From: an uncultured Alphaproteobacteria bacterium
Lineage (GTDB): Bacteria > Pseudomonadota > Alphaproteobacteria > Rhizobiales > Beijerinckiaceae
NCBI GenBank assembly: GCA_963816065.1
Contig: CAWFJG010000028.1
Location: 52,810-116,809 of the forward strand
Length of the DNA stretch: 64,000 bases
Reading direction: 5' to 3'
The notes under the pieces: generated by a model
What the model was told of the DNA's origin: nothing
What the model saw: only the letters and a program-made list of their open reading frames with translations
Databases searched by the model: none
Shown: piece by piece, positions 44,012 to 55,784 of the stretch
Layout: every line of letters starts with the position of its first letter
How positions within the stretch are numbered: position 1 is the stretch's first letter
Position numbers and translations under genes: made by a program

Positions 44012-44275
44012 GCCATCGCGCTCCTTCAACGCCCCGAAGCCCTCGCGGCTCTTAGAGGAGAACGCCGGGAAGCTCAAGTTTCGCCATTGCCGCCGCCCCC
44101 CGCTCAGCGGCCTTCAGTTCGAGGCGCAGCCGCTCGCGCCGGTTTGGGCAAGGTTGCAGTCGGTTTCGGGCAGGGGGCCATGCCGCTCCGTGCGGCGATG
44201 CGGTCGCCGTGCTAAGACCGCTCGCCGCCACGACCGCGGCGCACCACCACCCTTACGGATTTCGTGACCCCGATC

Positions 44276-45151
44276 ATGGACCCGAGCAATAGCGAGCTGA
44301 GCGCGGTGGAGGCCGCCGACGCCCTTATCTGGTGGGCGGAGGCCGGGGTGGGCTTCAGCGTCGCCGAGCAGCCGAGCGATCGTTTTGCGGCGTCGGCTGC
44401 AATCCCCGATCGGCCCGCCCGGCGCGCGCCCCCCGAACGCGCCGATTCGCCGAACGCTTCCCTGAGGCCATTCCCTGCGACGCCTGCGTTTCGCGAGCCG
44501 TCAACGCTCTCGGGCGCGCCTGCGCCCATTGCTGCGGCCGAACTCGCCGCCTCGGCCGAGGACCTTGCGGCGCTGCGCGCGGCGCTCGAGCGGTTCGAAG
44601 GCTGCTCGCTGAAGAAAACAGCGACCCAACTCGTCTTTTCCGATGGCGTTCCGGGCTCGCGGGTGATGTTCGTGGGCGAGGCGCCGGGCGCCGACGAGGA
44701 CCGGCTCGGACGTCCTTTCGTCGGCAAGGCCGGTCAATTGCTAGACCGCATGCTGGCCGCGTCAGGGCTCGCCAGATCCCAGGTCTATATCGCCAATATC
44801 GTGCCCTGGCGGCCGCCCGGGAACCGGACGCCGACGCCCGAGGAGACGCAGGCCTGCCTGCCGTTCATCCGTCGGCAAATTGATCTGGCTGCCCCTGAGA
44901 TCCTCGTATGTCTGGGCCTCCCTTCCGCCCAGACCCTGCTCGGCATCCGCACCGGCATCACGCGGGCGCGCGGGTCATGGTTTCGCTACCAGCACAGCGA
45001 CGGCCGCGCCATTCGCGCGATCGCCATGCTTCATCCCGCCTATCTGCTGCGGCAGCCGTCGCAGAAGCGCGCCGCATGGGCCGACATGCGCGCGCTGGTC
45101 GCGGCGTTGTCGGCCCCCTCCCCCTATTCCGGATCTCTCAGCGGTTCTTGA
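44276..45151 (+). CDS. Uracil-DNA glycosylase family 4
   Basis: [32 protein letters not shown]. Confidence 0.92.
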   Translation: MDPSNSELSAVEAADALIWWAEAGVGFSVAEQPSDRFAASAAIPDRPARRAPPERADSPNASLRPFPATPAFREPSTLSGAPAPIAAAELAASAEDLAALRAALERFEGCSLKKTATQLVFSDGVPGSRVMFVGEAPGADEDRLGRPFVGKAGQLLDRMLAASGLARSQVYIANIVPWRPPGNRTPTPEETQACLPFIRRQIDLAAPEILVCLGLPSAQTLLGIRTGITRARGSWFRYQHSDGRAIRAIAMLHPAYLLRQPSQKRAAWADMRALVAALSAPSPYSGSLSGS

Positions 45152-45911
45152 ACGCCGCCGCCCGCTTTTCGACGAAGGCCTTCATGCCTTCCTTCTGGTC
45201 TTCGGTGGCGAACAGGGAATGGAAAATGCGGCGCTCGAAGCGGACGCCTTCCGAGAGCGTCGTCTCGTAAGCCCGGTTGACGCTTTCCTTGGCGGCGTAG
45301 ACGGCGGCGGCCGACATCGAAGCGATGGCCGCGGCGGTCTTGATCGCTTCCTCGACCAGCGAGGCGGCCGGGACAATGCGCGAGACGAGGCCGGCGCGCT
45401 CAGCCTCGGACGCGTCCATCATCCGGCCCGTCAGGCACATCTCCATCGCCTTGGACTTGCCGACGAAGCGGGTGAGCCTCTGCGTCCCGCCTGCGCCCGG
45501 TATGACGCCAAGCTTGATCTCGGGTTGGCCGAACTTCGCCGTATCGGCGGCGAGAATGAAGTCGCACATCATGGCGAGCTCGCAGCCGCCGCCGAGCGCG
45601 AATCCCGCCACCGCGGCGATCACCGGCTTGCGCGCCTTGGCTACGTTTTCCCAACGCGAGATGAAGTCGCTTAGGAAAACGTCGGCGAAGCTCTTGTCCT
45701 GCATTTCCTTGATGTCGGCGCCGGCAGCAAAGGCCTTGTCCGAGCCGGTCAGCACGATTGCACCAATCTCCGGGTCGGTCTCGAACGCTTCGAGCGCCTT
45801 GTTGAGGTCCTCGATCAGCGGCGACGACAGCGCGTTCAACGCCTGCGGCCTGTTGAGCCGGATGAGGGCGACCTTGCCGTGAGTTTCGACGAGAATGTTT
45901 TCGTAGGTCAT
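45138..45911 (-). CDS. Enoyl-CoA hydratase
   Basis: [30 protein letters not shown]. Confidence 0.93.
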   Translation of the reverse strand: MTYENILVETHGKVALIRLNRPQALNALSSPLIEDLNKALEAFETDPEIGAIVLTGSDKAFAAGADIKEMQDKSFADVFLSDFISRWENVAKARKPVIAAVAGFALGGGCELAMMCDFILAADTAKFGQPEIKLGVIPGAGGTQRLTRFVGKSKAMEMCLTGRMMDASEAERAGLVSRIVPAASLVEEAIKTAAAIASMSAAAVYAAKESVNRAYETTLSEGVRFERRIFHSLFATEDQKEGMKAFVEKRAAAFKNR

Positions 45912-46038
45912 GACTGCGCCTCCCTGGACCGTCGCTTCCAGGGAGGCCTAGCCAATTGGCGCCGACATGGAAAGAGCCCGCCGCAGCGCCAGCCGTGTTC
46001 GAGCGTCCTGCGCGGGTCCTCTCGATATGCGATCCGCG

Positions 46039-46296
46039 CTAGTGATAATAATAGTGGTGGTGCGGCCGCCAGCCATAGCGGTGATAGTAGTAGTGGCGAT
46101 GAGGCGTAACCGCGTTGCCGACGGCCGCGCCGCCGACCCCGCCCACGACCGCTCCGACCGGGCCCCCGACCACGGCTCCGCCGACGGCGCCCACCACCCC
46201 GCCGGTGACCGCACCGGCCTGGTCGGCTCGAGCGCCATACGATCCGCCGAGAACCAGGCCGGCCGCCAAGGCCGCCGCGACAATCTTCATGCCCAT
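46039..46296 (-). CDS. Small secreted glycine-zipper protein with His/Tyr-rich tail
   Basis: Signal peptide (ARA/D), GxxxG repeats, C-terminal HRHYYYHRYGWRPHHHYYYH. Confidence 0.7.
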   Translation of the reverse strand: MGMKIVAAALAAGLVLGGSYGARADQAGAVTGGVVGAVGGAVVGGPVGAVVGGVGGAAVGNAVTPHRHYYYHRYGWRPHHHYYYH

Positions 46297-46505
46297 GGAC
46301 GCCTCCAATCGGTTCAGAAACGGCGCCAGTCGCCGTCCCGTGAAGTTGAACGCGTCAACAGGCCAATGGTTCCCCGGTCCATCCCGGGCCATGCCGCGAG
46401 GGCGCGCGCGCCGCCGAAACGCTGGCGGAACGAGCGAACTCTGCGTAAAAGTCGCGCGTCGCGCGCGGACGCTATTCCCGCCCGTCGAAACGTCGAGGAA
46501 CGCTC

Positions 46506-48683
46506 ATGTCTTCCGCTTCCGCTTCCGCCGCCTTCGCGAGCCTCGAGACCGCGGAAACCCTCTCCCCGGACGAGATCGATCGGCGCGCCCGAGCTTTGCG
46601 CGACCGGCTCAGCCTCGATGAAAAGATCAGCCTGATGCATGGCCTCTTGCCGGTCTGGCGCGGACTTGCCGAGATGACCGCCCCGAACGGCTACAGCAGC
46701 CGGGTGTGGCCAGCCGGCGAGATCGCGCGGCTCGGGGTCCCCGGCATTCGCTTTTCCGACGGGCCCCGGGGAATCATTCTGGACGGAGCGACCACATTCC
46801 CGGTGTCGATGGCTCGCGGCGCGACCTTGGACCCCGAGCTCGAGGAGCGCGTCGGCGACGCCATCGGCCAGGAATTGCGGGCGCTCGGCGGCAATTACTT
46901 TGGCGGCGTCTGCATCAACCTGTTGCGCCATCCGGCTTGGGGCCGCGCCCAGGAGACCTATGGCGAGGACCCACAGCATCTCGGCGCCATGGGCGCGGCG
47001 CTGGCCCGCGGCGTGCAGCGCCACGTCATGGCCTGCGTCAAGCATTACGCCCTGAACTCGATGGAAAACGCGCGCTTCAAGGTCGACGTGACCATCTCTC
47101 GGCGCGCGCTGCACGAGATCTACCTGCCGCACTTCCGGCGCGTGGTCGCGGAAGGGGTCGCCTCGGTGATGAGCGCCTACAACAGCGTCAACGGCGAGTG
47201 GGCTGGGCAGAACCGCGCGCTCCTGACCGACATTCTCAAGCAGGAATGGGGCTTCGACGGCTTCATGATGACCGATTTCATCTTCGGCATGCGCGACGCC
47301 AGAACCGCCGCGCTTGCGGGACAGGACATCGAGATGCCTTTCGCCCTGCTGTTCGAACGTGATCTCAAAGGCCTTGTCGAACGCGGAGAGGTTCCGGCGG
47401 AGCGGATCGACGATGCGGCCCTGCGCGTGCTTCGCCAGCAGGTGCGCTTCGGCCAGGGCCGCGAGCCTCGAGACTACACGCCCGAGGTGGTCGGCTGCGA
47501 GGCCCATCGCAAGCTCGCGCGCGAGACTGCCGAGAAAAGCATCGTGCTGCTCAAGAACGAGGGCGGCCTTCTGCCGCTCGAAGGGGTGCGGCGCCTCGCC
47601 GTGATCGGGCGCTTGGTCGACGTTCCCAATACCGGCGACGGCGGTTCGAGCAACACCCAGCCGGCCTACGTCGTCACGCCATTGCAAGGCCTGCGCGCCT
47701 CTTTGAGCGGCCATATCGATATCGACTATGACGACGGCGCCGATCCGGCACGCGCCGCCGCCGTCGCGGCGCGTGCGGATGTGGCGCTGGTCGTCGTCGG
47801 CTACACCCACGCCGACGAGGGCGAATACATTCCCCCAGACATGTTCGCCGCTTTCGTCCCGACCTTTCCTCCGCCTGGGCCTGAGGACATGGCCTTTGCG
47901 CAGAGGATGCAGGCGGGCGACCTGGACCCCGGCCTCGCGCTCGGCGGCGACCGCGAACGGCTGAGCCTGCATCCGCGTGACGAGGCGCTGATTGCCGCGG
48001 TGGCGGCGGCGAACCCGCGGACGGTCGTCGCCGTGATGGCCGGCAGCGCCGTAATCATGGAGGCTTGGCGCGAGCGCGCGGCCGCGATCCTGATGCTGTG
48101 GTACCCGGGCATGGAAGGCGGCCACGCGCTGGCCGATGTGCTGATCGGCCGTGTCAACCCGAGCGGCCGGCTGCCCTGTGTCTTTCCCGCCCGCGCAGAG
48201 GATCTGCCGACGTTCGACCGGGACGCGACGGCGATCACCTACGATTTGTGGCACGGCTACCGCAAAATGGAGCGCGACGGCGCTGCGCCCGCCTTCCCCT
48301 TCGGCTTTGGCCTGTCCTACGCGCGCTTCGAGTACGCGAACCTGCGGCTGACGAAAACCGAGCTTGCCGCTTCCGACGTGCTCGGGGCGACCGTCGAGGT
48401 GACGAACGTCAGCGATCGCCCCGGCGAGGAGGTCGTTCAGCTCTACGTCGGGGCGATCGGCTCGAAGGTGGAGCGGGCGCCGAAGGAATTGAAGGCCTTC
48501 GCGCGGGTGGCGCTCGCGCCCGGAGAGACCCGGGCCGTGCGTCTTGCCGTGCCCGTCGCCGATCTCGCCTATTACGACGAGGGCGCGGCGGACTGGGCGA
48601 TCGAGCCGATCGCCTATGACGTGTTCGTCGGCCGCCATTCTTTGGATCCAGGCGCTTTGCGCGCGGCGTTCACGGTCGCCTGA
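46506..48683 (+). CDS. Glycoside hydrolase family 3 beta-glucosidase
   Basis: SDGPRG, GRAQETYGEDP, KHY, MSAYN, MTDF nucleophile, C-terminal FnIII domain. Confidence 0.92.
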   Translation: MSSASASAAFASLETAETLSPDEIDRRARALRDRLSLDEKISLMHGLLPVWRGLAEMTAPNGYSSRVWPAGEIARLGVPGIRFSDGPRGIILDGATTFPVSMARGATLDPELEERVGDAIGQELRALGGNYFGGVCINLLRHPAWGRAQETYGEDPQHLGAMGAALARGVQRHVMACVKHYALNSMENARFKVDVTISRRALHEIYLPHFRRVVAEGVASVMSAYNSVNGEWAGQNRALLTDILKQEWGFDGFMMTDFIFGMRDARTAALAGQDIEMPFALLFERDLKGLVERGEVPAERIDDAALRVLRQQVRFGQGREPRDYTPEVVGCEAHRKLARETAEKSIVLLKNEGGLLPLEGVRRLAVIGRLVDVPNTGDGGSSNTQPAYVVTPLQGLRASLSGHIDIDYDDGADPARAAAVAARADVALVVVGYTHADEGEYIPPDMFAAFVPTFPPPGPEDMAFAQRMQAGDLDPGLALGGDRERLSLHPRDEALIAAVAAANPRTVVAVMAGSAVIMEAWRERAAAILMLWYPGMEGGHALADVLIGRVNPSGRLPCVFPARAEDLPTFDRDATAITYDLWHGYRKMERDGAAPAFPFGFGLSYARFEYANLRLTKTELAASDVLGATVEVTNVSDRPGEEVVQLYVGAIGSKVERAPKELKAFARVALAPGETRAVRLAVPVADLAYYDEGAADWAIEPIAYDVFVGRHSLDPGALRAAFTVA

Positions 48684-48941
48684 TCACTGAGGGCGGGCGA
48701 CCGCGACGCGCCAGGGCGAAGCACCAAAGCGACTGAATCGCTTCAATCAGCCCGCGACCGTCATATGAGAGGAGCGGAGCGACGAAGAAACCCATGCCGC
48801 CGCCGCGCCCGCGGCACGGATTGCTTCGCCTTCGGCCAACAATGACGACTGGGGGAAATTGGCGGACTTGTTTTTGCCGAGTATCCCAACCTCGCGGGCC
48901 CTCATGACGCGCCGCGGGCGCCGCGGGCCCTGTCGGTCCGG

Positions 48942-49184
48942 CTACGTCAATCGCCGCACATTCGGGACCGCCGCCATCGACGGCGCGTCGCGCATGTCGA
49001 TCTGCACTTTCGCGCCCGGCGCTTCGAAGCGATAGCGCGCCCCGCTCATCGGCCCCGTCACCGTCATCGCCGTCGCTCCGGTGTATTCGAACAGCGCCGC
49101 CCTCGGTCTTGGCGGCGGGCGCTTCGTACTGACCGCCGTCCCACTGGTGTTGATCGTTCCGCGCGATTGGCCGCAGCACGCCAT
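48942..49184 (-). CDS. Small hypothetical protein with N-terminal CCG motif
   Basis: MACCGQSR...FEYTGATAMTVTGPMSGARYRF...VQIDMRDAP; AGGAG RBS; third gene of a tight operon. Confidence 0.75.
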   Translation of the reverse strand: MACCGQSRGTINTSGTAVSTKRPPPRPRAALFEYTGATAMTVTGPMSGARYRFEAPGAKVQIDMRDAPSMAAVPNVRRLT

Positions 49185-49194
49185 GGTCGAACTC

Positions 49195-49515
49195 CTATTC
49201 GTCTTCGATGAACTGAGCCCGCGGGACGGCGTCGTCGCGCGCCGCCGTCGCCCGCTCCAGCAAGATCGCCGCCCCTGAAAGGCCCATCCAGACCAGCGCC
49301 AAATCGATCAGGTCCCGATGAAGGACCCACGCCACCGGCAGGGCGATCCAGACGCTGAGGCAGTAGAAGCAGTCGAGCAGAGAGCCAAAGACCCCCTCCC
49401 CCGCCGCTCGCCGAATCCGTAAGCTCATGTCCCAGGGTCCATCCTCGGCCGTCAGCAGGTGGGTGAGACGCCACACGGCCAGGGCTGCGATCAGAAAGCG
49501 CGTGAAATCGGCCAT
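49195..49515 (-). CDS. DUF1360-like small membrane protein with CxxC
   Basis: ALAVWRLTHLLTAEDGP...LLDCFYCLSVW pattern; about three TM helices. Confidence 0.75.
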   Translation of the reverse strand: MADFTRFLIAALAVWRLTHLLTAEDGPWDMSLRIRRAAGEGVFGSLLDCFYCLSVWIALPVAWVLHRDLIDLALVWMGLSGAAILLERATAARDDAVPRAQFIEDE

Positions 49516-49577
49516 ATTCGGAGGTTACCGCAAATTTCAGGGTGGCGGCATGTACGCCGCCGCCCCGGAGCTCGACG

Positions 49578-51825
49578 TCAGCTCTTCGCCACCAGGCAGA
49601 AGCCGACGAACTTGCTGTTGTTCTCCCAGGAGCCGTCGCAACTGACGATCGTCCGGTCGTTGGTGAACAGCTGGATCGTGTAGCCGCACGGCGGCAGGCC
49701 CTTGGTGTCGTAAGTCCATTCTCCGGACTTGGAGGTGACCGTGACGGGAATGGCCGGATAGGACTCGCCGTTGACTGCGGCGCCGTCGACCGCGAAACCA
49801 GAGGCGGGCGACGGGGTCGGTTCGGCCTGCAGGCTGAACCCGCCGATATGCGCGTCGCTGACCGAATATGTGCCGCAGATCACGTCGCCGATCGTAAAGG
49901 TCTGGCAGTTGACGGCAGAGACGCACGGGCCGACGCCGCCGGGCTTATAGCCGGTGATTTGCAGGTCGGCGACCGGAGGCGTCTGATCGAGGTCGATCAC
50001 CACGCTCTGTCGAGTGGAGCCGTCGGACGTGCAGATGAATGTCCCGGCCGGGTAGCTTGTCGTCTTGGCCGCGTTCCAGGCGGTCACCGAGATCAGATAG
50101 GTCCCTTCGCCGACCGAGTTCCACACCGTCAGCGGACCCTGGCCGCCGCCGACGCCCTCGAGCGAAACGGAGTTCCATCCCGCTGGGCTCGGGGTCATCT
50201 GCTGCCAGGTGTAGAACCCGCCGACCGCAAACTGGGTGTGCGACGACGCGGTGGGGAAGCCGCCGCCGACCTGCTTGAGGATGCTGATCGGGAATGGATC
50301 CGTCAGGATTTGCGGGCTTCCGATCAGGGTGTGGGTCGTCGTGTTGATCTGCTGAACCGTGACCTGATAGACCGGCAGGCCGGCCGGCGGATCGACAAAT
50401 AGCGGCTGCCCGGGCATGACCCCGTAGATCGCGATCGATGCGCCGAAAGGCCGGTCGCCCGCGTGGGGATTGGCCCAGCCCGACGTTTGGTCGATATGGC
50501 AGGGGTCCACCCCGCAGATGCTGGTGAAATAGGGCGTGAAATTGCCGGTCGGATGAGAACTCGCCCGGATTGACCAGAACGGTCGTCTCGAGGCGGTTGC
50601 CCCACACCGGCACAAAGTTCGGATTGCCGGGCGGCGGCGCGACATCCCAAGACAAAATGGCTCGTACACTGGCGGTGACCGGTCCGTCCTGACAGGGCTT
50701 GCGATGGGCGTTGAGGTCGACCGGCAGGTAGACCGCATAGCTCAGGCCTTCCTTCGGAATCGCGGCAATGTCATGGACATTCGTCGAAGCCGTGCCGGCG
50801 TATTCGAAGCCCCCGCCCCAATTGATCCAGAACGCCACGTATTCGCGGCTGCCGCCAAAGCATGGGCCGCCGAGATAGCCGGTTGGAAGCTTGATCTGCA
50901 GCGTTCCGACCAGGGCGTCCGGGCCTCCATCCCCTTCCTCCAGCCCGATGCACTCGAGCTGTTCGAAGTCGGTGTTCCCGTTTGTCGCAGCGAGCGCAGC
51001 GATGGCGGCGCTGATGTCGACATTGAGGCTGGTGAGATATTGACTCGAAATCGCGAGATTAGCCGAATTCTTCAGCGCCGAGTGGATCTGCTTGCTCAGT
51101 GACCTGTGAGTCGGGACCTTGGCGTTAGCGTAGAGCGTCAAGATCTCGGCCGCGCTGAGCGCCTTGGGCGCGCCGAGCTTGATGGCTGCGTCAGGAGCGA
51201 TGATCGCGGCGACTTCAGCGGGAAGCTTGACCTTCGCTTCGTCGAGCAGAATCGGCAGCGGAATGTCGATGAAAAATCCCGGGATCTGTATTCGGCTTTC
51301 GACGACATTTCCCCAGACGGGGATCGCGTTCGGCCCGGAGGTCGGCGCGTTCCAAGACAGAATCGCGCGGACCAGCGGCAGGTTCGCCACGAAACAGAGC
51401 TCCTTTTTCGGCTGGATCGGCAGGCGCACCGCATATTCGAGCGGATGCGGGCCGGTGACGTCGTAGACCGAAAAATGAACGGTTCCCTGCGGCAGCCAGG
51501 TGGCGCCGTTGTCGTAGGAAAGAAAGAAACTGACATATTCCTGCGAGCCGCTGGTGCAGATGTCGCCGTCGTATCCGCCCGATTGCTTGATCCAGACCAC
51601 GCCTTCGAGCTGGCTGAGCTCCGGGTTGAAGCCGACGCACTTCAGTTCCTCGTAGGTCGTATTCGATTTGATCGGCTGGACAGGCTTGAAAGGACTGTTG
51701 CTAAGATTGCCGAAGTAATTGGGGTTGATCAGCAACTTGTGTAGGAATTTTGCGCGCTCGTCCGGCACCGTCGCTTGTGTTGCAGCCTGTGCGGAAGATT
51801 GAGCGGATTGTGTCATATTGGTCAT
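49578..51825 (-). CDS. Large Cys-rich hypothetical protein (about 748 aa) with internal domain duplication; +1 frameshift near 50555
   Basis: ORFs 49945-51840 and 49578-50738 join near VLVNPGE/..PTGNFTP; two copies of NT.(Y/F)E.L.C.G...GY.G..C..GS.EYV.F...VRAILSW...PVWGN. Confidence 0.75.
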
Positions 51826-51974
51826 TTCCGTTTCCCTCAAATCGTATTGATGACAACTGCCAGTGAGCTCCGGCGCCTGCGGACCGATCCCGCGTGCGGT
51901 CGTTGCTCTTCAGCAATGGTTTCACGCTGACATACGTTAACTCTGTCCGGTCCCGGCGAAGAGATGGCGCCCAG

Positions 51975-51994
51975 TTTAAGTAAAAATACTTGAA
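51975..51994. promoter_or_regulatory. AT-rich palindrome upstream of the Cys-rich operon
   Basis: TTTAAGTA-AAAA-TACTTGAA (7/8 dyad symmetry). Confidence 0.35.
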
Positions 51995-52268
51995 TTGGAT
52001 CGCAGAATTGCGCGACGAACACGATGAAGGTCGCCGAGACACACTGAGAATCAGGCGGGCGCCATATCTTTGTCTAGCAGACGCTCATTTGGACGCAGTG
52101 ATCCTGATCACAGTTTCGTGATCGGAAACGGCGCCCTGAATTCTCCACGTCGATGAGACAGCGTTCGGCGCCCAAATCCCGTACGCCTTGAAGGGCGGGG
52201 TAACGAACGCCAGATTTGATGCGAACAGCAGCCGACATCGTCAATGCGACACGAGAAGGAGTTCTGTA

Positions 52269-52784
52269 ATGGCCGATTTCCCCTCACGCGCGGTGCTGGC
52301 TGGAGGCTGCTTCTGGGGCATGCAGGACCTGATCCGGCGCATGCCGGGCGTGCTCTCGACCCGCGTCGGCTACACCGGCGGCGACGTGCCGAACGCAACC
52401 TACCGCAACCACGGCGATCACGCCGAGGCGATCGAGATCCTGTTCGACCCGGGGAAGCTGAGCTACCGGGAGCTGCTGGAGTTCTTCTTCCAGATCCACG
52501 ATCCGTCGACCCGCAACCGCCAGGGCAACGACATCGGCCGCAGCTACCGTTCGGCGATCTTCACGACCGATGACGAGCAGAAGCGCGTCGCGCTCGACAC
52601 CATCGCCGACGTCGACGCCTCCCGCCTGTGGCCGGGAAAGGCGGTGACGGAGGTCGCGCCCGCGGGGCCGTTCTGGCAGGCCGAGCCGGAGCACCAGGAC
52701 TACCTAGAGCGCTATCCGAACGGCTACACCTGCCACTTCCCGCGGCCGGGCTGGGTGCTGCCGAAGCGCGCCGCCGCGGAATAG
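52269..52784 (+). CDS. msrA: Peptide methionine sulfoxide reductase A
   Basis: [30 protein letters not shown]. Confidence 0.95.
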   Translation: MADFPSRAVLAGGCFWGMQDLIRRMPGVLSTRVGYTGGDVPNATYRNHGDHAEAIEILFDPGKLSYRELLEFFFQIHDPSTRNRQGNDIGRSYRSAIFTTDDEQKRVALDTIADVDASRLWPGKAVTEVAPAGPFWQAEPEHQDYLERYPNGYTCHFPRPGWVLPKRAAAE

Positions 52785-53253
52785 GCGGCGCCAGCCCGCG
52801 ACCGGGGGACCGGCAGCCGACCGGGAACCGCCTGACATTTGTCGCGGTCTTTCTGTCCTCCGACCCATCCGACGCCGAGGAACGTCTCGACGGAAGCTGC
52901 GGCTTGCGGCCGTGCGAGGCGGGCGCGTCGCCGGGCGCGGTCGATGACCCCGCCTCGACCGGTCAGGACCCGGCCCTGCGGCGTTCCGTTGCAAGGCGCC
53001 TTCCTTGCGGGCTCGCACACGCACAGAGTCTTGATATCATTGATATTCTGTGTTCTACATACTAAATGTAACTGTATAATACGCGAAAACCGGACAGTTT
53101 TGTCCACCTAAGCGCTTGAAATCGCCCGCGCGGCGCCAAGGGCGCCGATCCGTCGGAGCCTGTCTTTGAACTGGCGGCGACCTCTGGATTCTGGCAAGGA
53201 GCCTTCGGTTGTGGCGGGGCCCGATCGAGGTCAAGGCGAAAGGGGACGCGAGA

Positions 53254-53808
53254 GTGCAAGTTGAAGAGACCGCGATCGCGGTGGTGAAGATCGTGACGCC
53301 CAAGAAACACGGCGACGCGCGTGGGTTCTTCTCAGAGGTCTACAACAGGTCCGCCTGGGAAAGCGCAGGGTTGCGCTTCGAGTTCGTGCAGGACAACCAC
53401 TCGTTTTCGGCTGCGGCCGGGACCCTCCGCGGGCTGCACTTTCAAACGGCGCCCTTCGCCCAGGACAAATTGCTGCGCGTCGCCCGCGGCCGTATCCTCG
53501 ACGTCGCCGTCGACATCCGCAGGTCATCACCGACCTTCGGCCGGCATGTCGCGGTTGAACTGTCCGCGGAGAACTGGCGCCAACTCCTCGTGCCGATCGG
53601 CTTCGCCCACGGCTTCGTCACGCTCGAGCCGGACACCGAGGTTCTGTACAAGGCGACCGCCCTCTATTCGGCGGCCAACGATCGTGGCGTCGCCTGGGAC
53701 GATCCGGACCTCGGGATTCCCTGGCCGCTTCCGGCCACTGGCGCGGTGCTGTCCGACAAGGACAAGCGCTGGCCTCGCCTCAAGGACGCTGGGGAGCTGT
53801 TTCCGTGA
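53254..53808 (+). CDS. rmlC: dTDP-4-dehydrorhamnose 3,5-epimerase
   Basis: DARGFFSE, QDNHS, LRGLHFQ, FAHGF. Confidence 0.95.
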   Translation: MQVEETAIAVVKIVTPKKHGDARGFFSEVYNRSAWESAGLRFEFVQDNHSFSAAAGTLRGLHFQTAPFAQDKLLRVARGRILDVAVDIRRSSPTFGRHVAVELSAENWRQLLVPIGFAHGFVTLEPDTEVLYKATALYSAANDRGVAWDDPDLGIPWPLPATGAVLSDKDKRWPRLKDAGELFP

Positions 53809-54683
53809 TGCGCATCGCCATCATGGGCTTTCGGGGCCAGGTCGCGACGTCCCTCCTCGAGCGCGCGGGAGACGACGTCGCGATCGTAGCGCTGGCTCGG
53901 CCGGAGGTCATGCTTGAAGACCGGGCGGCGGTGCTCCACGGGGTCACCAGGGTTAGGCCCGACGTCGTCATCAACGCGGCCGCCTATACTGCGGTCGACA
54001 AGGCCGAGTCGGAAGAATGGCTGGCCCTTCACGTTAACGGGAAAGGAGCTGGCCATGTCGCGGAAGCAGCGGCCAACATCGGCGCGGCGCTGCTGCATCT
54101 CTCGACCGACTACGTGTTCGATGGAAAGCTCGATCGGCCTTATCGCGAGGACGATTCGCCAAATCCAACGGGTGTTTATGGCCGCTCGAAGCTCGTTGGA
54201 GAAGCGCTCGCCGCAGAGCGCTGCCCGAACAGCGTCATCCTCCGCACCGCCTGGATTTACAGCCCGTTCGGCACGAATTTCGTCCGCACGATGTTGCGCC
54301 TCAACGAGACACGCGACGAGGTCGGCGTCGTCGCCGACCAGCACGGCAACCCGACTTCGGCGCTCGATATCGCGGACGCGCTGCTCACGATCGCGCGGCG
54401 GGTCCGAGAGGACGATTCACCCGCTCTGCGCGGCGTCTTTCACATGACCGGCGGCGGCGAGGCCAGCTGGGCGGATCTTGCCGAGGCGGTGTTCGCCGAG
54501 GCGCATGCGCGCGGCCGGCGCCTGACCCGGGTGAAGCGCATCACGACCGCGGACTATCCCACGCCGGCGCGGCGCCCAGCCAATTCGCGCCTCGACAACG
54601 CGAAGCTGGCTCGCACATACGGCGTCGCCTTGCCGGAGTGGCGCGCGTCGTTGGCCGCCTGCTGCGCCCGGCTCATCGCCTAA
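53805..54683 (+). CDS. rmlD: dTDP-4-dehydrorhamnose reductase
   Basis: NAAAYTAVDKAE, STDYVFDG, YGRSKL.GE. Confidence 0.95.
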   Translation: MMRIAIMGFRGQVATSLLERAGDDVAIVALARPEVMLEDRAAVLHGVTRVRPDVVINAAAYTAVDKAESEEWLALHVNGKGAGHVAEAAANIGAALLHLSTDYVFDGKLDRPYREDDSPNPTGVYGRSKLVGEALAAERCPNSVILRTAWIYSPFGTNFVRTMLRLNETRDEVGVVADQHGNPTSALDIADALLTIARRVREDDSPALRGVFHMTGGGEASWADLAEAVFAEAHARGRRLTRVKRITTADYPTPARRPANSRLDNAKLARTYGVALPEWRASLAACCARLIA

Positions 54684-54698
54684 TTCGAAGAGGACGAC

Positions 54699-55784
54699 AT
54701 GCGGAACGTGCTTGTAACGGGTGGGGCCGGTTTCATCGGCTCGGCGGTTTGCCGCCATCTGGTCGCAGCGGGCGCCAACGTGCTGAACGTCGACGCCCTG
54801 ACCTACGCCGGCAATCTGGCCTCGCTGGCGGCCGTCGACAACGCGCCGAACTATCGTTTCGCCAGGATCGACATCTGCGATCGGCCCCGGGTCGCGGAAG
54901 CGCTCCAGACCTTTGCGCCCGATCACGTCATCCATCTCGCCGCCGAGAGCCACGTCGACCGCTCGATCACCGGCAGCGACGCGTTCATCCGGACCAACAT
55001 CCTCGGCACATTCTCGATGCTCGAAGCGTCGCGGGCCTATTGGCTCGGCCTTGCCGGTGAAAAACGCGACGGCTTCCGCTTCCTCCATGTGTCGACCGAC
55101 GAGGTCTACGGTTCGCTCGGCGAAGAGGGGCTGTTCGTCGAGACGACGCCCTACGATCCAAGCTCGCCCTATTCAGCCTCCAAGGCCGCATCCGATCATC
55201 TGGTCTCGGCCTGGGCGCACACCTACAAATTCCCGGCCCTGATCTCGAACTGCTCCAACAATTACGGGCCCTACCATTTCCCCGAGAAGCTGATCCCACT
55301 CGTCATCCTCAACGCCATGCACGGCAAGACGCTCCCGGTCTATGGGGCGGGGACCAACGTGCGCGACTGGCTATACGTCGAGGACCACGCCCGCGCGCTT
55401 GACGTTATCGTCAGTCGCGGCCGGATCGGCGAGAAGTACAACGTCGGTGGCCGCAACGAGAGGCGCAACATCGATGTCGTGCGAACCATCTGCGACATTC
55501 TCGATCGCCTACGCCCGCGAGACCGGTCCCACACGGAGTTGATTGCCTTCGTAACCGACCGGCCGGGGCATGACCTGCGTTATGCGATCGACGCCTCCAA
55601 ACTGGAACAGGAACTCGGCTGGAAGGCCGAGGAGACCTTCGAAACCGGCATCGAAAAGACGGTGCGCTGGTATCTCAACAACGAATGGTGGTGGCGGCCG
55701 CTGCGCGAAAAGGTCTATGCCGGCGAGCGCCTCGGGACGCTTCCAGACGCTGTCACGGACACGACAATCGGAGGCGGGGCGTGA
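54699..55784 (+). CDS. rmlB: dTDP-glucose 4,6-dehydratase
   Basis: [30 protein letters not shown]. Confidence 0.96.
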   Translation: MRNVLVTGGAGFIGSAVCRHLVAAGANVLNVDALTYAGNLASLAAVDNAPNYRFARIDICDRPRVAEALQTFAPDHVIHLAAESHVDRSITGSDAFIRTNILGTFSMLEASRAYWLGLAGEKRDGFRFLHVSTDEVYGSLGEEGLFVETTPYDPSSPYSASKAASDHLVSAWAHTYKFPALISNCSNNYGPYHFPEKLIPLVILNAMHGKTLPVYGAGTNVRDWLYVEDHARALDVIVSRGRIGEKYNVGGRNERRNIDVVRTICDILDRLRPRDRSHTELIAFVTDRPGHDLRYAIDASKLEQELGWKAEETFETGIEKTVRWYLNNEWWWRPLREKVYAGERLGTLPDAVTDTTIGGGA

